Below, piece after piece: positions 18,404 to 27,757 of a stretch of DNA of 64,000 nucleotides. Position numbers and translations under genes: made by a program. Numbering within the stretch: position 1 is the stretch's first letter; each line of letters begins with the position of its first letter. The DNA comes from Acidobacteriota bacterium. Lineage in GTDB: Bacteria; Acidobacteriota; Terriglobia; Bryobacterales; Bryobacteraceae. The DNA lies in the NCBI GenBank assembly GCA_018268935.1, contig JAFDVS010000032.1, positions 17,987 to 81,986 of the forward strand, in the 5' to 3' direction. Under the pieces are notes generated by a model. That model made no database searches. It was not told the origin of the DNA and saw nothing but the letters and a program-made list of their open reading frames with translations.

Positions 18404-20527
18404 ATGGATTGTGCCGAAGAAGTGGCCTTGCTGCGCCGCGAATTGCACGACATGCCCGGCATCGTCGACCTCAAGTTCGACGTGATGAAAGCCAAGATGG
18501 TGGTGGACTTCGATCCTAAGAAAACCAGCCCGGGCAGCATTACGGCGGCGGTCGCCCGCACCGGGATGAAGTGCCAGCCTTTCCGCGATCAGATCCAGGC
18601 CGAGCCCTGGTGGCAGCATCACGGGCGCACCATCCTCACTGCGCTCAGCGGTCTCGCGGTGGTCGGCGGCGCCGTGGCGCAATCCGGTTCCACGGCGGAC
18701 TTCCTGCGCTCCCTGCTGGTCCACGAGCATCATCACGAGACCTTCTCTCCGCTGTCCATCGGCTTCTTTCTCATCGCCATGCTCTGCGGCATGTACTACG
18801 CCGCGCCGAAAGCCCTGCAATCGTTGCGAAGGCTCACTCCGGAGATGAACGCCCTGGTGGCGGTGTCCATCCTGGGCGCCGTGATTCTCAACGAGTGGAT
18901 GGAAGGCGCTACCCTCGCTTTCCTTTTCTCGCTCGCCGGGTTGCTCGAAAGCTGGAGCATCTCCCGTGCCCGCAACGCCGTCTCCTCCCTTCTGGAAGTG
19001 GCCCCAAGCGAAGCCACCGTTCTGCATCATGACCACGAGCACCGCATGCCCGCCGATCAGGTGAAGGTGGGCGAAATCGTGCGCATCAAGCCCGGCGAAC
19101 GCATCCCCTGCGATGGCGTCGTCAAAGAGGGCGAGTCGCACGTCAATCAGGCGCTGATTACCGGCGAATCGGTTCCCGTGATCAAAACCCGCGATGCCGC
19201 CGTCTACGCCGGCACCATCAATGGCGATGGCCACCTCGAGGTGCGTGTCACCAAGGCCGCATCCGACACACTACTGGCCCGCATGTTGCGCATGCTCGAA
19301 GGCGCGCAGCATCGCCGCGCCCACAGTGAACAATTCGTGGAGAGGTTCTCCCGCATCTATACGCCAGTCATGTTCGTCCTGGCGATCCTGGTTGCCACGT
19401 TTCCACCGCTTTTTCGCGGTGCTTCGTGGAGCGAATCCGCCTATCACGGCATGGTCATCCTGCTCATCTCCTGCCCCTGCGCGCTGGTGATCTCCACTCC
19501 CGTAACTGTTGTTGCCGCGCTCGCCAGTGCCGCTCGCCGCGGTGTGCTGATCAAAGGTGGAGTTTTCCTCGAGGCCGCCGCCAGCCTCAAAGCCATCGCC
19601 TTTGACAAGACAGGCGTCCTCACCACAGGCTCACCCGAAGTGCAGACCATCCGCACCATGGATGGACTGACCGAAAAAGATGCCTTGCGCCGCCTCGTCG
19701 CACTGGAACAACGCAGTGAACATCCCGTGGGTCATGCCATTGTGCGCCACGCGCGCAAACAGGGGATTCAACCGGTGGCGGTCACCGAGTTTCGCGCCGT
19801 GCAGGGCCGTGGCGCGGAAGCCCTGGTGGCGAACGAGAAATTCTGGGCCGGCAGTCATCGCTTCCTGCACGAAAAAGGCCTCGAACACGATTGGGTCTGC
19901 CGCCAGGTGGACGATCTCGAAGATGCAGGCCACACTGCGTTTCTCTGCGGCACGGAAAAAACTGTCTGGGCCGTGGTGGGCCTCGCCGATCCGTTGCGCA
20001 CGGAAGCACGCGAAGCCATCTCCGCGGTGCAGCACGAAGGCGTGGAGCATGTAGCCATGCTCACCGGCGACAATACTCCCACCGCGAAAGCCGTTGGCGA
20101 ACAACTGGGTATTCCCGATGTACAGGCGGAACTTCTGCCTGAAGAGAAAGCCAAAGCCGTCCAGCGCCTGCGCGAGCGCTACGGCTCAGTCGGCATGGTC
20201 GGCGATGGGATCAACGACGCCCAGGCCCTCGCCAGCGCTACCGTGGGCATTGCCATGGGCCGGCGTTCTACAGACGTTGCCCTGGAGACAGCCGACATTG
20301 TGCTGATGAATGACGATCTGCGCAGCCTGCGTTTTCTCCTTCGCCATGCGCGCCGCGCCTCGGCCGTCATTCGTCAAAACGTGCTGGTGGCTCTCGGTCT
20401 GAAGGCAATCTTCCTGGCGCTGGCGTTTGGAGGCGTGGCAACCCTTTGGATGGCGATTGCCGCGGATATGGGGGGGACTCTTCTGGTGACGTTCAACGGG
20501 CTGCGCTTGCTGCGCGCAACCCGCTGA
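18404..20527 (+). CDS. Heavy-metal (Zn/Cd/Pb-type) P1B-type ATPase
   Basis: HMA motif GMDCAEEV, TM CPC motif (SCPCALVISTP), FDKTGVLT phosphorylation site and GDGINDA hinge. The real start is probably upstream of the listed ATG (see finding). Confidence 0.9.
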   Translation: MDCAEEVALLRRELHDMPGIVDLKFDVMKAKMVVDFDPKKTSPGSITAAVARTGMKCQPFRDQIQAEPWWQHHGRTILTALSGLAVVGGAVAQSGSTADFLRSLLVHEHHHETFSPLSIGFFLIAMLCGMYYAAPKALQSLRRLTPEMNALVAVSILGAVILNEWMEGATLAFLFSLAGLLESWSISRARNAVSSLLEVAPSEATVLHHDHEHRMPADQVKVGEIVRIKPGERIPCDGVVKEGESHVNQALITGESVPVIKTRDAAVYAGTINGDGHLEVRVTKAASDTLLARMLRMLEGAQHRRAHSEQFVERFSRIYTPVMFVLAILVATFPPLFRGASWSESAYHGMVILLISCPCALVISTPVTVVAALASAARRGVLIKGGVFLEAAASLKAIAFDKTGVLTTGSPEVQTIRTMDGLTEKDALRRLVALEQRSEHPVGHAIVRHARKQGIQPVAVTEFRAVQGRGAEALVANEKFWAGSHRFLHEKGLEHDWVCRQVDDLEDAGHTAFLCGTEKTVWAVVGLADPLRTEAREAISAVQHEGVEHVAMLTGDNTPTAKAVGEQLGIPDVQAELLPEEKAKAVQRLRERYGSVGMVGDGINDAQALASATVGIAMGRRSTDVALETADIVLMNDDLRSLRFLLRHARRASAVIRQNVLVALGLKAIFLALAFGGVATLWMAIAADMGGTLLVTFNGLRLLRATR

Positions 20528-20530
20528 CAC

Positions 20531-21079
20531 TTACTTTTTCTTCACCGGCGCAGCTTTCTTCGGCGCGGGCGCCGGACCAGGTTCGACAAGCAACCGCTCC
20601 ACTTCGCGTGCCAGCCCCGCCTGCCCCTGATTGAAGATGGCATCGACACCGGTGAACTGCGACCGTATCATGCCCTTCTTGTCTATGAACACCAGCCACG
20701 GCACGTAGGCCGGCCGCACCAGTGTGTGCTGCATGAATTCCCGTGCTTTGCCATCCGGAGCCGTCCCAATCGGGAAAGGCACCTGATACTGCTGCACGAA
20801 CATCGGAACGTTGGCGTTGTCGTTTACCGCTGCGAACAGCGCCTCAAAACCCTTCGCTTTGTACTGCCTGTAGAATGCGCCCATGACCTGGGCGTGCTGT
20901 TGGCAGTGCGGTCATGTGGTCAGGATGCAGGCGAAACCCAGCACCTTGCCCCGGTAGGAACTGAGGTTGATTTTCTTCCCGTCGGGCAGCGTTACCTCGA
21001 AATCAGGGGCGGGCCGAGGAACTTCGGCGCCCAATAGAGGCAATGCGCCAAGCCCGGCGAGCAATTGGCGTCGTTTCAT
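20531..21079 (-). CDS. Secreted thioredoxin-fold redoxin (AhpC/TSA-TlpA-like) with in-frame TGA (Sec56) in a U-P-H-C redox motif
   Basis: The track lists only 20531..20884. The same frame continues upstream to ATG 21079 with a single TGA (20914..20912): MKRRQLLAGLGALPLLGAEVPRPAPDFEVTLPDGKKINLSSYRGKVLGFACILTT-U-PHCQQH.. A SECIS-like hairpin follows. Confidence 0.6.
20863..20914 (-). promoter_or_regulatory. UGA codon plus candidate bacterial SECIS hairpin
   Basis: mRNA positions +5..+49 after UGA. Lower stem ACUGCC/GGCAGU, internal loop, upper stem CGCCCA/UGGGCG, apical loop GGUCA starting 23 nt after the UGA. Confidence 0.45.
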
Positions 21080-21100
21080 ACTCTTCATTATATGCGGACG

Positions 21101-22132
21101 CTAGCGCTGCACTCGGCCTGAGCCGCCGCCTTTGATCAGCGCCAGCACTTCCGCCGTGCTGAAGCGATTGAAATCGCCCGGAATCGAGTGTTTCAGGCAC
21201 GATGCAGCCACCGCGAATTCGAGCGCCGCCTGGTCGCCGCCCTGCGTCAGCATGCCGTAGATCAGCCCGCCGGCGAAGCAATCGCCGCCCCCGACACGAT
21301 CCACAATATGCGTGATGTCGTAATGGCGGCTGAGCAGAAATTCCTTCCCGTTGTTCAGACACGCCGACCAGCCGTTGTGCGAAGCGCTCTTCGATTCGCG
21401 CAGTGTGATCGCCAGCGCCCTCAGATTCGGATAAGCGTTCATCACCTTCTCCGTGAGCGCCTTGTACGCATCGCGCTCCAGCTTGCCGGAGTGCACGTCC
21501 ACGCCCGCTTCAATGCCCAGCGACATCTGGCAATCTTCTTCATTCGCGATGCCGACATCGGTCAACCGGAACAGGTCCGGCATCACTTCACTGGCCTTCT
21601 TCCCCCACTTCCACAGATTCTTGCGGAAGTTCAAATCGCACGACACCGTGAGTCCCATGTCCTTTGCCGTCTGTGCCGCTTCCAGCGCGAGTGCGGCGGA
21701 ACTGCTGCTGATGGCGGGTGTGATGCCGGTGACGTGGAACCAACCCGCGCCTTCGAATGCCTTCTTCCAATCCACCGCGCCCGGCCCGGCCAGCGAAATG
21801 GAACTGTGCGCGCGATCGTAGAGCACCTTCGATCCGCGCTGATTCGCGCCCGGCTCAACGAAGTAGATGCCGAACCGGCCCGGTCCCCGCACAATGTGTT
21901 CCGTATCCACGCCGAAGCGCCGCATTTCCCCAATGAACGCATCGGAGACGGCATTGTCCGGCGGTAACACCGTGACATAGCGGGCCGGATATCCGAAGCC
22001 GGATACCGCCACCGCGACGTTGGCCTCGCCACCGCCGAAGGTTGCCAGAAACTGCGGAGATTGCAGGAGCCGCTCAAAGCCCGGAGGCGCGAGCCGCAGC
22101 ATGATTTCACCAAACGACACAACAGGTTTCAT
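21101..22132 (-). CDS. kdgK: PfkB-family sugar kinase (2-dehydro-3-deoxygluconokinase-like)
   Basis: [29 protein letters not shown]-terminus and C-terminal [10 protein letters not shown] (PfkB signature 2). Confidence 0.75.
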   Translation of the reverse strand: MKPVVSFGEIMLRLAPPGFERLLQSPQFLATFGGGEANVAVAVSGFGYPARYVTVLPPDNAVSDAFIGEMRRFGVDTEHIVRGPGRFGIYFVEPGANQRGSKVLYDRAHSSISLAGPGAVDWKKAFEGAGWFHVTGITPAISSSSAALALEAAQTAKDMGLTVSCDLNFRKNLWKWGKKASEVMPDLFRLTDVGIANEEDCQMSLGIEAGVDVHSGKLERDAYKALTEKVMNAYPNLRALAITLRESKSASHNGWSACLNNGKEFLLSRHYDITHIVDRVGGGDCFAGGLIYGMLTQGGDQAALEFAVAASCLKHSIPGDFNRFSTAEVLALIKGGGSGRVQR

Positions 22133-22156
22133 AAAACCTGGATTGTAACAAACGCC

Positions 22157-22831
22157 CTACTTCGCCGCCTTCTTCGCCGCCATCTTCACCGGGTTCCCCT
22201 TGTCGTCGGTGGAGAACGTCTGCGATTGGAACGTCAGGAACAATGCGAACCACTTGTTCCCGCTGTATTCAATCATCAGGCAGCCGTCCTGCCATGTGCC
22301 GTTGTCCTTCTTCCACTTGCCGCTGTTGCCCTGGTTCATGTGGATGTCGTGAATCCCGTTACCCGGCTTGAAGTGGAAATACTGATCCTTCTTCTTCTTC
22401 TCCGGCCCCCACTTTTCTCCAAACGCGTAAATGACGGCTTTGTCATCGTCCATGGCGGCCTTCATGCGATCTTCCAGGGTGTCCTTCAGATCGTTCTTCG
22501 CCCCAGGCTTGTCGGGCGGAACAGGAACCATCTTCGTTGGATCGGCGATTCCCCCGCGGACAAAATCCTGCGCAATCCCGCCGGGTTTGCTCTTCAAAGC
22601 CGAATAACCGTTCTTCGCCGCCTTCAACGCTTTCGTCAGCGAAGATGGCAGTTGATCCACCGACTGGAACAGCAAGTCGGATGGCGCATTGGGAGCCGAT
22701 GATTTCACATTCACCGCAATGCGGTGCTGCGTCTTTCCATCCGTCACCAGGATCTGGTAATGATCATCGTCGGCATCGCGCAGCCTTCCGATGGGCCGGC
22801 CTTTTAACACTCCGTATTGCTTCAGTGGCAT
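22157..22831 (-). CDS. DUF2278-family protein (YukJ-like)
   Basis: Start taken at Met13 (MPLKQYGVLKGRPIG...DDDHYQILV), which matches my memory of the DUF2278 N-terminus. Confidence 0.7.
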   Translation of the reverse strand: MPLKQYGVLKGRPIGRLRDADDDHYQILVTDGKTQHRIAVNVKSSAPNAPSDLLFQSVDQLPSSLTKALKAAKNGYSALKSKPGGIAQDFVRGGIADPTKMVPVPPDKPGAKNDLKDTLEDRMKAAMDDDKAVIYAFGEKWGPEKKKKDQYFHFKPGNGIHDIHMNQGNSGKWKKDNGTWQDGCLMIEYSGNKWFALFLTFQSQTFSTDDKGNPVKMAAKKAAK

Positions 22832-22890
22832 GTCAAGATAGTGACCGCCGCGCCCGCATCGTTTCACCGGCGGTGAGATAATGTCCAGTC

Positions 22891-24846
22891 ATGCTCCGCT
22901 TCTCCTGGCTCCTGCTGGCGCTACCCGCCTTGGCGCAAAACGACACCGGCTGGACGCCCGAACACTCCATGCGAGTGCAGAAGGTGGCCGACGTCGTCCC
23001 CTCTCCTGACGGCAGCATGGCCCTATGGACGCAGACACGCGCCATTATCGAGCCCGAGAAAAGCGAGCAACTCACTCACATCTTCCTCTGGCGCAACGGA
23101 AAGGCGATCCAACTGACCCGCGGCGACAAGAGCGCGCAGGACCCGTCGTTCTCGCCCGGCGGAAAGTGGGTCTTCTTCACATCAGACCGCTCCGGCAAGA
23201 AGAACCTCTACCGGCTTCCGCTCGATGGTGGCGAAGGGGAAATGTTGACTGATTGGAAAGGAGCGTTGGGCCCCTACCGTGTCTCGCCTGACGGCAAGAC
23301 GATTGCCTTCACCGCCGCTGAGCCCGACCCGGATGAGGAAAAAGCGCGGAAAGAGAAACGCGACGTGAAGGTGATCGACGACCGCCCGCGCAATCACTCC
23401 CTCTGGCTCGTCACCGCGGAACCCGATGCCGCCGGTAAGCGCGCTCCGCGCAAAGCCGCATCGGGCAGTTTTCACATCGGCGCCTTCCGCTGGTCGCCCG
23501 ATTCGCGCCGCATCGCCTTCGAACAGCGTCCTACCCCTGACTTCAACGATGGCCGCCGCGCCGATCTTTCCGAACTCGATATCGAAAGCGGGGTCATCAA
23601 ATCCATCGCCAACGGCGCAGCCACCGAAACGCAGCCGCGTTACTCCCCTGATGGCCGGTTCCTCGCTTTCGTGAAGAGTACCGATAGCGCCTCCACACTC
23701 GATGGCTCCCGCATCGCTCTGCTCGATCGCACCAGCGCTGCCGTGCGATTGCTTCCCGCCTCATCCGAGGAACGCCCGCAACTCCTCGATTGGTCGCCGG
23801 ATTCCCGCCGCATCTTCTTTACGGAGCCAAATCGCACACGCTCCGCAGTCTATGCGATGCCGCTCGATGGGCCGCCTGTGCTCAAGCACTCGCCGGAGAA
23901 GGGTATGCTCCGCCTGGAGGATGCCTTCAGCCGAGATGGTCTCTGGGCCGGCGCCGTGGCCGAGTCCGCCACCCAGCCCATCGAAGCGTTTCTCTTCCAG
24001 ATGGATACGAAGCAGACTACTCAGATCAGCCAGGCCAACGCCGCCCTGCCGAAACTCCCGCTGGGCGAAACACGTGTGATCCGCTGGAAATCGCGCGATG
24101 GAGCCGAAGTGGAAGGGATACTCACTCTGCCCACCGGATATGAGAAAGGCAGGATGTACCCCCTCGCACTCATCATTCACGGCGGCCCGGCGGGCATCTT
24201 CGCCGAAACGTTCATCGGCGCTCAGGGAGTGCAATCGGTGGCGGCCTTCGCCGCAAAGGGATACGTCGTGCTGAGGGCCAATCCACGTGGCTCCATCGGT
24301 TACGGGCTCAAGTTCACGCGCGCCAATCTCAAGGATTGGGGCGGCGGCGACTACCAGGACATCATGTCCGGCGTCGACCATCTCATCGCCCAAGGCATCG
24401 CCGACCCCAATCGCATGGCCGTCATGGGCTGGAGCTACGGTGGCTACATGACATCCTGGATCATCTCGCAAACCGGGCGCTTCAAGGCCGCCATTGTCGG
24501 CGCCGGAATCACCAACCTCTGGAGTATGTGGGGCACCAACGACATCCCCAGCACCCTGGATGATTACTTCGCCGGCTCCCCTTGGGATCAACCCGAGCTC
24601 TATCGCCAGCGCTCCGGCCTCTTCCACGCCAAACAGGTCAAGACTCCGACGCTCTTCCTGCATGGCGAAGCCGATCTGCGCGTCCCCATCGGCCAAGCCT
24701 ACGAGTATTACCATGCGCTGAAACAACTCGGAGTAACCACCAAGATGGTGGCCTATCCACGCACTCCGCACGGACCGCAGGAACCGAAGTTCCAACTCGA
24801 CGTTATGCAACGCCACATCGATTGGGTGGAGAAATACACGAAATGA
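22891..24846 (+). CDS. S9-family serine peptidase (beta-propeller plus prolyl-oligopeptidase catalytic domain)
   Basis: Signal peptide. TolB-like propeller repeats (SPDG..). GWSYGGYM nucleophile elbow. C-terminal HGEADLRVP and PRTPHG (Asp/His). Confidence 0.85.
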   Translation: MLRFSWLLLALPALAQNDTGWTPEHSMRVQKVADVVPSPDGSMALWTQTRAIIEPEKSEQLTHIFLWRNGKAIQLTRGDKSAQDPSFSPGGKWVFFTSDRSGKKNLYRLPLDGGEGEMLTDWKGALGPYRVSPDGKTIAFTAAEPDPDEEKARKEKRDVKVIDDRPRNHSLWLVTAEPDAAGKRAPRKAASGSFHIGAFRWSPDSRRIAFEQRPTPDFNDGRRADLSELDIESGVIKSIANGAATETQPRYSPDGRFLAFVKSTDSASTLDGSRIALLDRTSAAVRLLPASSEERPQLLDWSPDSRRIFFTEPNRTRSAVYAMPLDGPPVLKHSPEKGMLRLEDAFSRDGLWAGAVAESATQPIEAFLFQMDTKQTTQISQANAALPKLPLGETRVIRWKSRDGAEVEGILTLPTGYEKGRMYPLALIIHGGPAGIFAETFIGAQGVQSVAAFAAKGYVVLRANPRGSIGYGLKFTRANLKDWGGGDYQDIMSGVDHLIAQGIADPNRMAVMGWSYGGYMTSWIISQTGRFKAAIVGAGITNLWSMWGTNDIPSTLDDYFAGSPWDQPELYRQRSGLFHAKQVKTPTLFLHGEADLRVPIGQAYEYYHALKQLGVTTKMVAYPRTPHGPQEPKFQLDVMQRHIDWVEKYTK

Positions 24847-27062
24847 AACCGCTGCTGCTCCTACTTCTTGCCGCAACATGCTGGGCCGAAAATGTTTCCA
24901 TCGCCGGACTGCGTCAACCGGTGGAGATTCTCCGCGATAAATGGGGCGTACCGCACATCTACGCCAAAACCACCGACGATCTTTTCTTCGCCCAGGGCTA
25001 CATTGCCGCCCGTGACCGGCTGTTCCAGATCGATCTGTGGCGCAGAGTGAACACCGGCAAGCTCGCTGAAATCCTTGGACCTCAGGCCGTCGCCCGCGAC
25101 CGCATCGCGCGGCTGGTCCGATTCCGTGGCGATTGGAACAAGGAATGGGCCACCTACGCCCCCGACGCAAAGCAAATCGTCACCGCTTTCGTGCGAGGCA
25201 TTAACGCCTACATCGACAGCCTCCAGGGCAAGTACCCGCTCGAATTCCGTCTCGCCGGCTATGCCCCCGGCAAGTGGGTTCCGGAAGATTGCGTGGCCCG
25301 TGTCGCCGGATTGCTGATGACTCGCAATCTGCCGCGCGAAGTGGAACGCGCCATCGACATCCGCGAGTATGGCCTCGAAACCATCCAGACCATCCGTCCT
25401 CCCGATCCTTTTGTGCGCCTCGAAATCCCCAAAGGCCTCGACCTGAAGTTGATCGACAACGTGATCCTGAAGGATTTTCAAGCCGCCATCGGGAATGCCC
25501 GCGTCGATACCGAACAGGGCAGCAACAACTGGGTGGTGGATGGAACACGCACCAACACGGGCAAGCCGCTGCTCGCCAACGATCCCCATCGCCCCATGAA
25601 CATCCCGTCTCTGCGCAAGACTGTGCACCTGGTAGGACCGGGTTGGAATGCGTTCGGCGCCGGTGAGCCTGCGCTTCCTGGCATCGCTCTCGGCCACAAC
25701 GAAGACATTGCCTTTGGCTTCACTATCGTTGGCATCGACCAGGGCGATCTCTACGTCGAGAAACTGAACCCATCCAACGCCAATGAATACTGGCATAAAG
25801 GCTCCTGGCGCAAGATGACTGTCGAGCATGAAAAGGTCGCCGTGAAAGGCCGCGGCGAACAATCAGTGGATCTGAAGTTCACCGTCCACGGACCCGTGAT
25901 CTACGAAGATGGCAACAGCCACCGCGCCTATGCGCTTCGCTGGGTCGGGGCCGAGCCCGGTGGCGCCGGCTACATCGCCGCCCTCGCCACTGCCCGCGCC
26001 AGGAACTGGAATGAGTTCACCAAAACCGTGGAAAACTACCTGGTGCCATCAGAGAACATTATTTACGCGGACCGCACGGGCAACATCGGCTGGATCGCTT
26101 CCGGCCTCGCGCCCGTTCGCAAGAATTGGAATGGACTGCTGCCGGTCCCCGGTGACGGTGATTACGAATGGAGCGGCTATCTTCCACTGAAGGATCATCC
26201 CATCGAGTACAACCCGCCGCGCCACTACATCGCCACCGCCAATCACAACATCCTTCCCAAGGGCTATGCGCATGCGTTGGGTTATGAGTGGGCCGCACCT
26301 TTCCGCTACCAGCGCGTCGACGAGATGCTGAAGGGTGGTGCGAAGGTCACCATCGACGACTTCATCCGCATGCAACAGGATGTCACCAACCTCCTCGCCC
26401 GGCGCTTCCTTGCCGTGATTCGCAAGCACGCGCCCAAAGCATCAGCTGAGATGAAGCCCGTCTATGAGCGCATGCTGAAGTGGGATGCGCGGATGACCGT
26501 GGAATCCACAGAGGCCGCTCTCTACGCCGTTTGGATCACGCGGATCAATGAGTTCCTGCTCAATTCCCCAGCGGCTTCGCGCCTGGACCCTGTCGCCGCC
26601 ATCGCCATGCTGGAAGCGCAGAAAGACGATCGCGCGCTCCGTCTCAGCTACGCCCGTTCCCTTCAGGAATTGGAGCGTGGACTCGGCCGGAACCAGGCCG
26701 AGTGGACATGGGGCCGCCTCCACACCATCCGCTTCGAGCATCCATTGAAGGTGAACGAGAAGTACGCCGCCAAATTCCATCGTGGCCCCATTCCGCGTCC
26801 CGGCGATGGCAACACGGTCAACGCCGCCAGCGGCGCCAATTTCAAGCAAACCGCCGGAGCCTCTTACCGCCAGATCATCGACCTCGCCGATTGGGATCGC
26901 TCCATGATGACCAACGTGCCGGGAGAATCGGGAGACCCTGACAGCAAACACTACAGTGATCTGCTCGCCGATTGGGCCGCGGGCCGCTACCATCCGATGC
27001 CTTACTCGCGCAAAGCCGTGGAAGCGGCCACCGAAGAACGGATCAATCTCACTCCACGCTAA
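24843..27062 (+). CDS. Penicillin-acylase-family Ntn hydrolase (S45; possible AHL acylase)
   Basis: Start at ATG 24843 (MKPLLLLLLAATCWA), an ATGA overlap with the peptidase stop. DRLFQIDLWRR motif. GSNNWVVDG at the alpha/beta processing site (nucleophile Ser). Confidence 0.85.
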   Translation: MKPLLLLLLAATCWAENVSIAGLRQPVEILRDKWGVPHIYAKTTDDLFFAQGYIAARDRLFQIDLWRRVNTGKLAEILGPQAVARDRIARLVRFRGDWNKEWATYAPDAKQIVTAFVRGINAYIDSLQGKYPLEFRLAGYAPGKWVPEDCVARVAGLLMTRNLPREVERAIDIREYGLETIQTIRPPDPFVRLEIPKGLDLKLIDNVILKDFQAAIGNARVDTEQGSNNWVVDGTRTNTGKPLLANDPHRPMNIPSLRKTVHLVGPGWNAFGAGEPALPGIALGHNEDIAFGFTIVGIDQGDLYVEKLNPSNANEYWHKGSWRKMTVEHEKVAVKGRGEQSVDLKFTVHGPVIYEDGNSHRAYALRWVGAEPGGAGYIAALATARARNWNEFTKTVENYLVPSENIIYADRTGNIGWIASGLAPVRKNWNGLLPVPGDGDYEWSGYLPLKDHPIEYNPPRHYIATANHNILPKGYAHALGYEWAAPFRYQRVDEMLKGGAKVTIDDFIRMQQDVTNLLARRFLAVIRKHAPKASAEMKPVYERMLKWDARMTVESTEAALYAVWITRINEFLLNSPAASRLDPVAAIAMLEAQKDDRALRLSYARSLQELERGLGRNQAEWTWGRLHTIRFEHPLKVNEKYAAKFHRGPIPRPGDGNTVNAASGANFKQTAGASYRQIIDLADWDRSMMTNVPGESGDPDSKHYSDLLADWAAGRYHPMPYSRKAVEAATEERINLTPR

Positions 27063-27757
27063 CCGCGGCGCATCCCTCGACGCAGCAGGAACACCAACCC
27101 CGCGCCGCCAATCATCACAAATGTCGATGGCTCAGGCGTGTTGGAATCCGCGTCCACCCATGTGCGGAAGCCGAAGTCCCATTGGGCAATTCCGGGGATG
27201 GCTGCTGTCCACGAGGTGTAGTTGGTTGTGTTTCCCGCGTTTGCTCCACGGATGAACCCGACTCCGGATGTGTAAGGGTTCGAGTTCAGCAATGCCCCCC
27301 ATCCCCCTTCCAGATACCCGCCCGACCGAACCGCTCGCACAACAATCGCATACTGCGATCCAGCGGTGACTTGAAAGTTCGCGCTCGACACATCTACCGC
27401 TGTCCAACCCGCTGGGGAAATGCCCGGAAATGTCGTCGGCAACGAAGCCGCATTGATCCCGAAGCTGAACAACGGAGTCGTCGGCGGCTCGACGGGCGCA
27501 CCCCAAGTGTTGTTCCACATCTCGACATAGAACGTGCCCGCTTGTGCCGAGTAGTTCCACAACGGGAGGTCAAGCCGCGTCAGCGTTCCCGTGAGACCCG
27601 CGGCAAATACCTGCGATCCTGTCAACCCGGTTGCCCCATTCGGACCAGCGCTAAAATTGGAGATCGCAAAACCGCTCGTCATTCCATTCGGCGCGTTCAC
27701 CTGATCAATGACAGGCGTCGCCATTGCACTGGCTGCCAATGCCAGTCCGCTCATCAT
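27059..27757 (-). CDS. Possible independently translated second PEP-CTERM module (internal ATG-ATG)
   Basis: ATG ATG at 27757..27752 opens a plausible signal peptide with an AMA-TP cleavage site. Same frame as the upstream module. Confidence 0.35.
   Translation of the reverse strand: MMSGLALAASAMATPVIDQVNAPNGMTSGFAISNFSAGPNGATGLTGSQVFAAGLTGTLTRLDLPLWNYSAQAGTFYVEMWNNTWGAPVEPPTTPLFSFGINAASLPTTFPGISPAGWTAVDVSSANFQVTAGSQYAIVVRAVRSGGYLEGGWGALLNSNPYTSGVGFIRGANAGNTTNYTSWTAAIPGIAQWDFGFRTWVDADSNTPEPSTFVMIGGAGLVFLLRRGMRRG

Noticed and set aside
18083-19234. 383-aa minus-strand ORF
   Set aside because: It is antisense to the P-type ATPase and its tail overlaps the preceding gene. It has shadow-ORF composition and no recognisable domain.
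21087-21092. TATAAT hexamer 7 nt upstream of the selenoprotein ATG (minus strand), possible leaderless promoter
   Set aside because: There is no -35 or extended -10, and it lies only 8 nt after the kdgK-like stop, so co-transcription with that gene is simpler. It may be a chance hexamer.
24582-24842. Upstream extension of the acylase ORF. Similar extensions occur at 37685..37960 (modC), 60729..60854 (HAD), 35723..35761 (permease) and 49553..49825 (cytochrome).
   Set aside because: Each extension overlaps the 3' end of the preceding, well-supported gene and lacks signal or domain features. Internal starts give proper N-termini and classic 4-nt overlaps.
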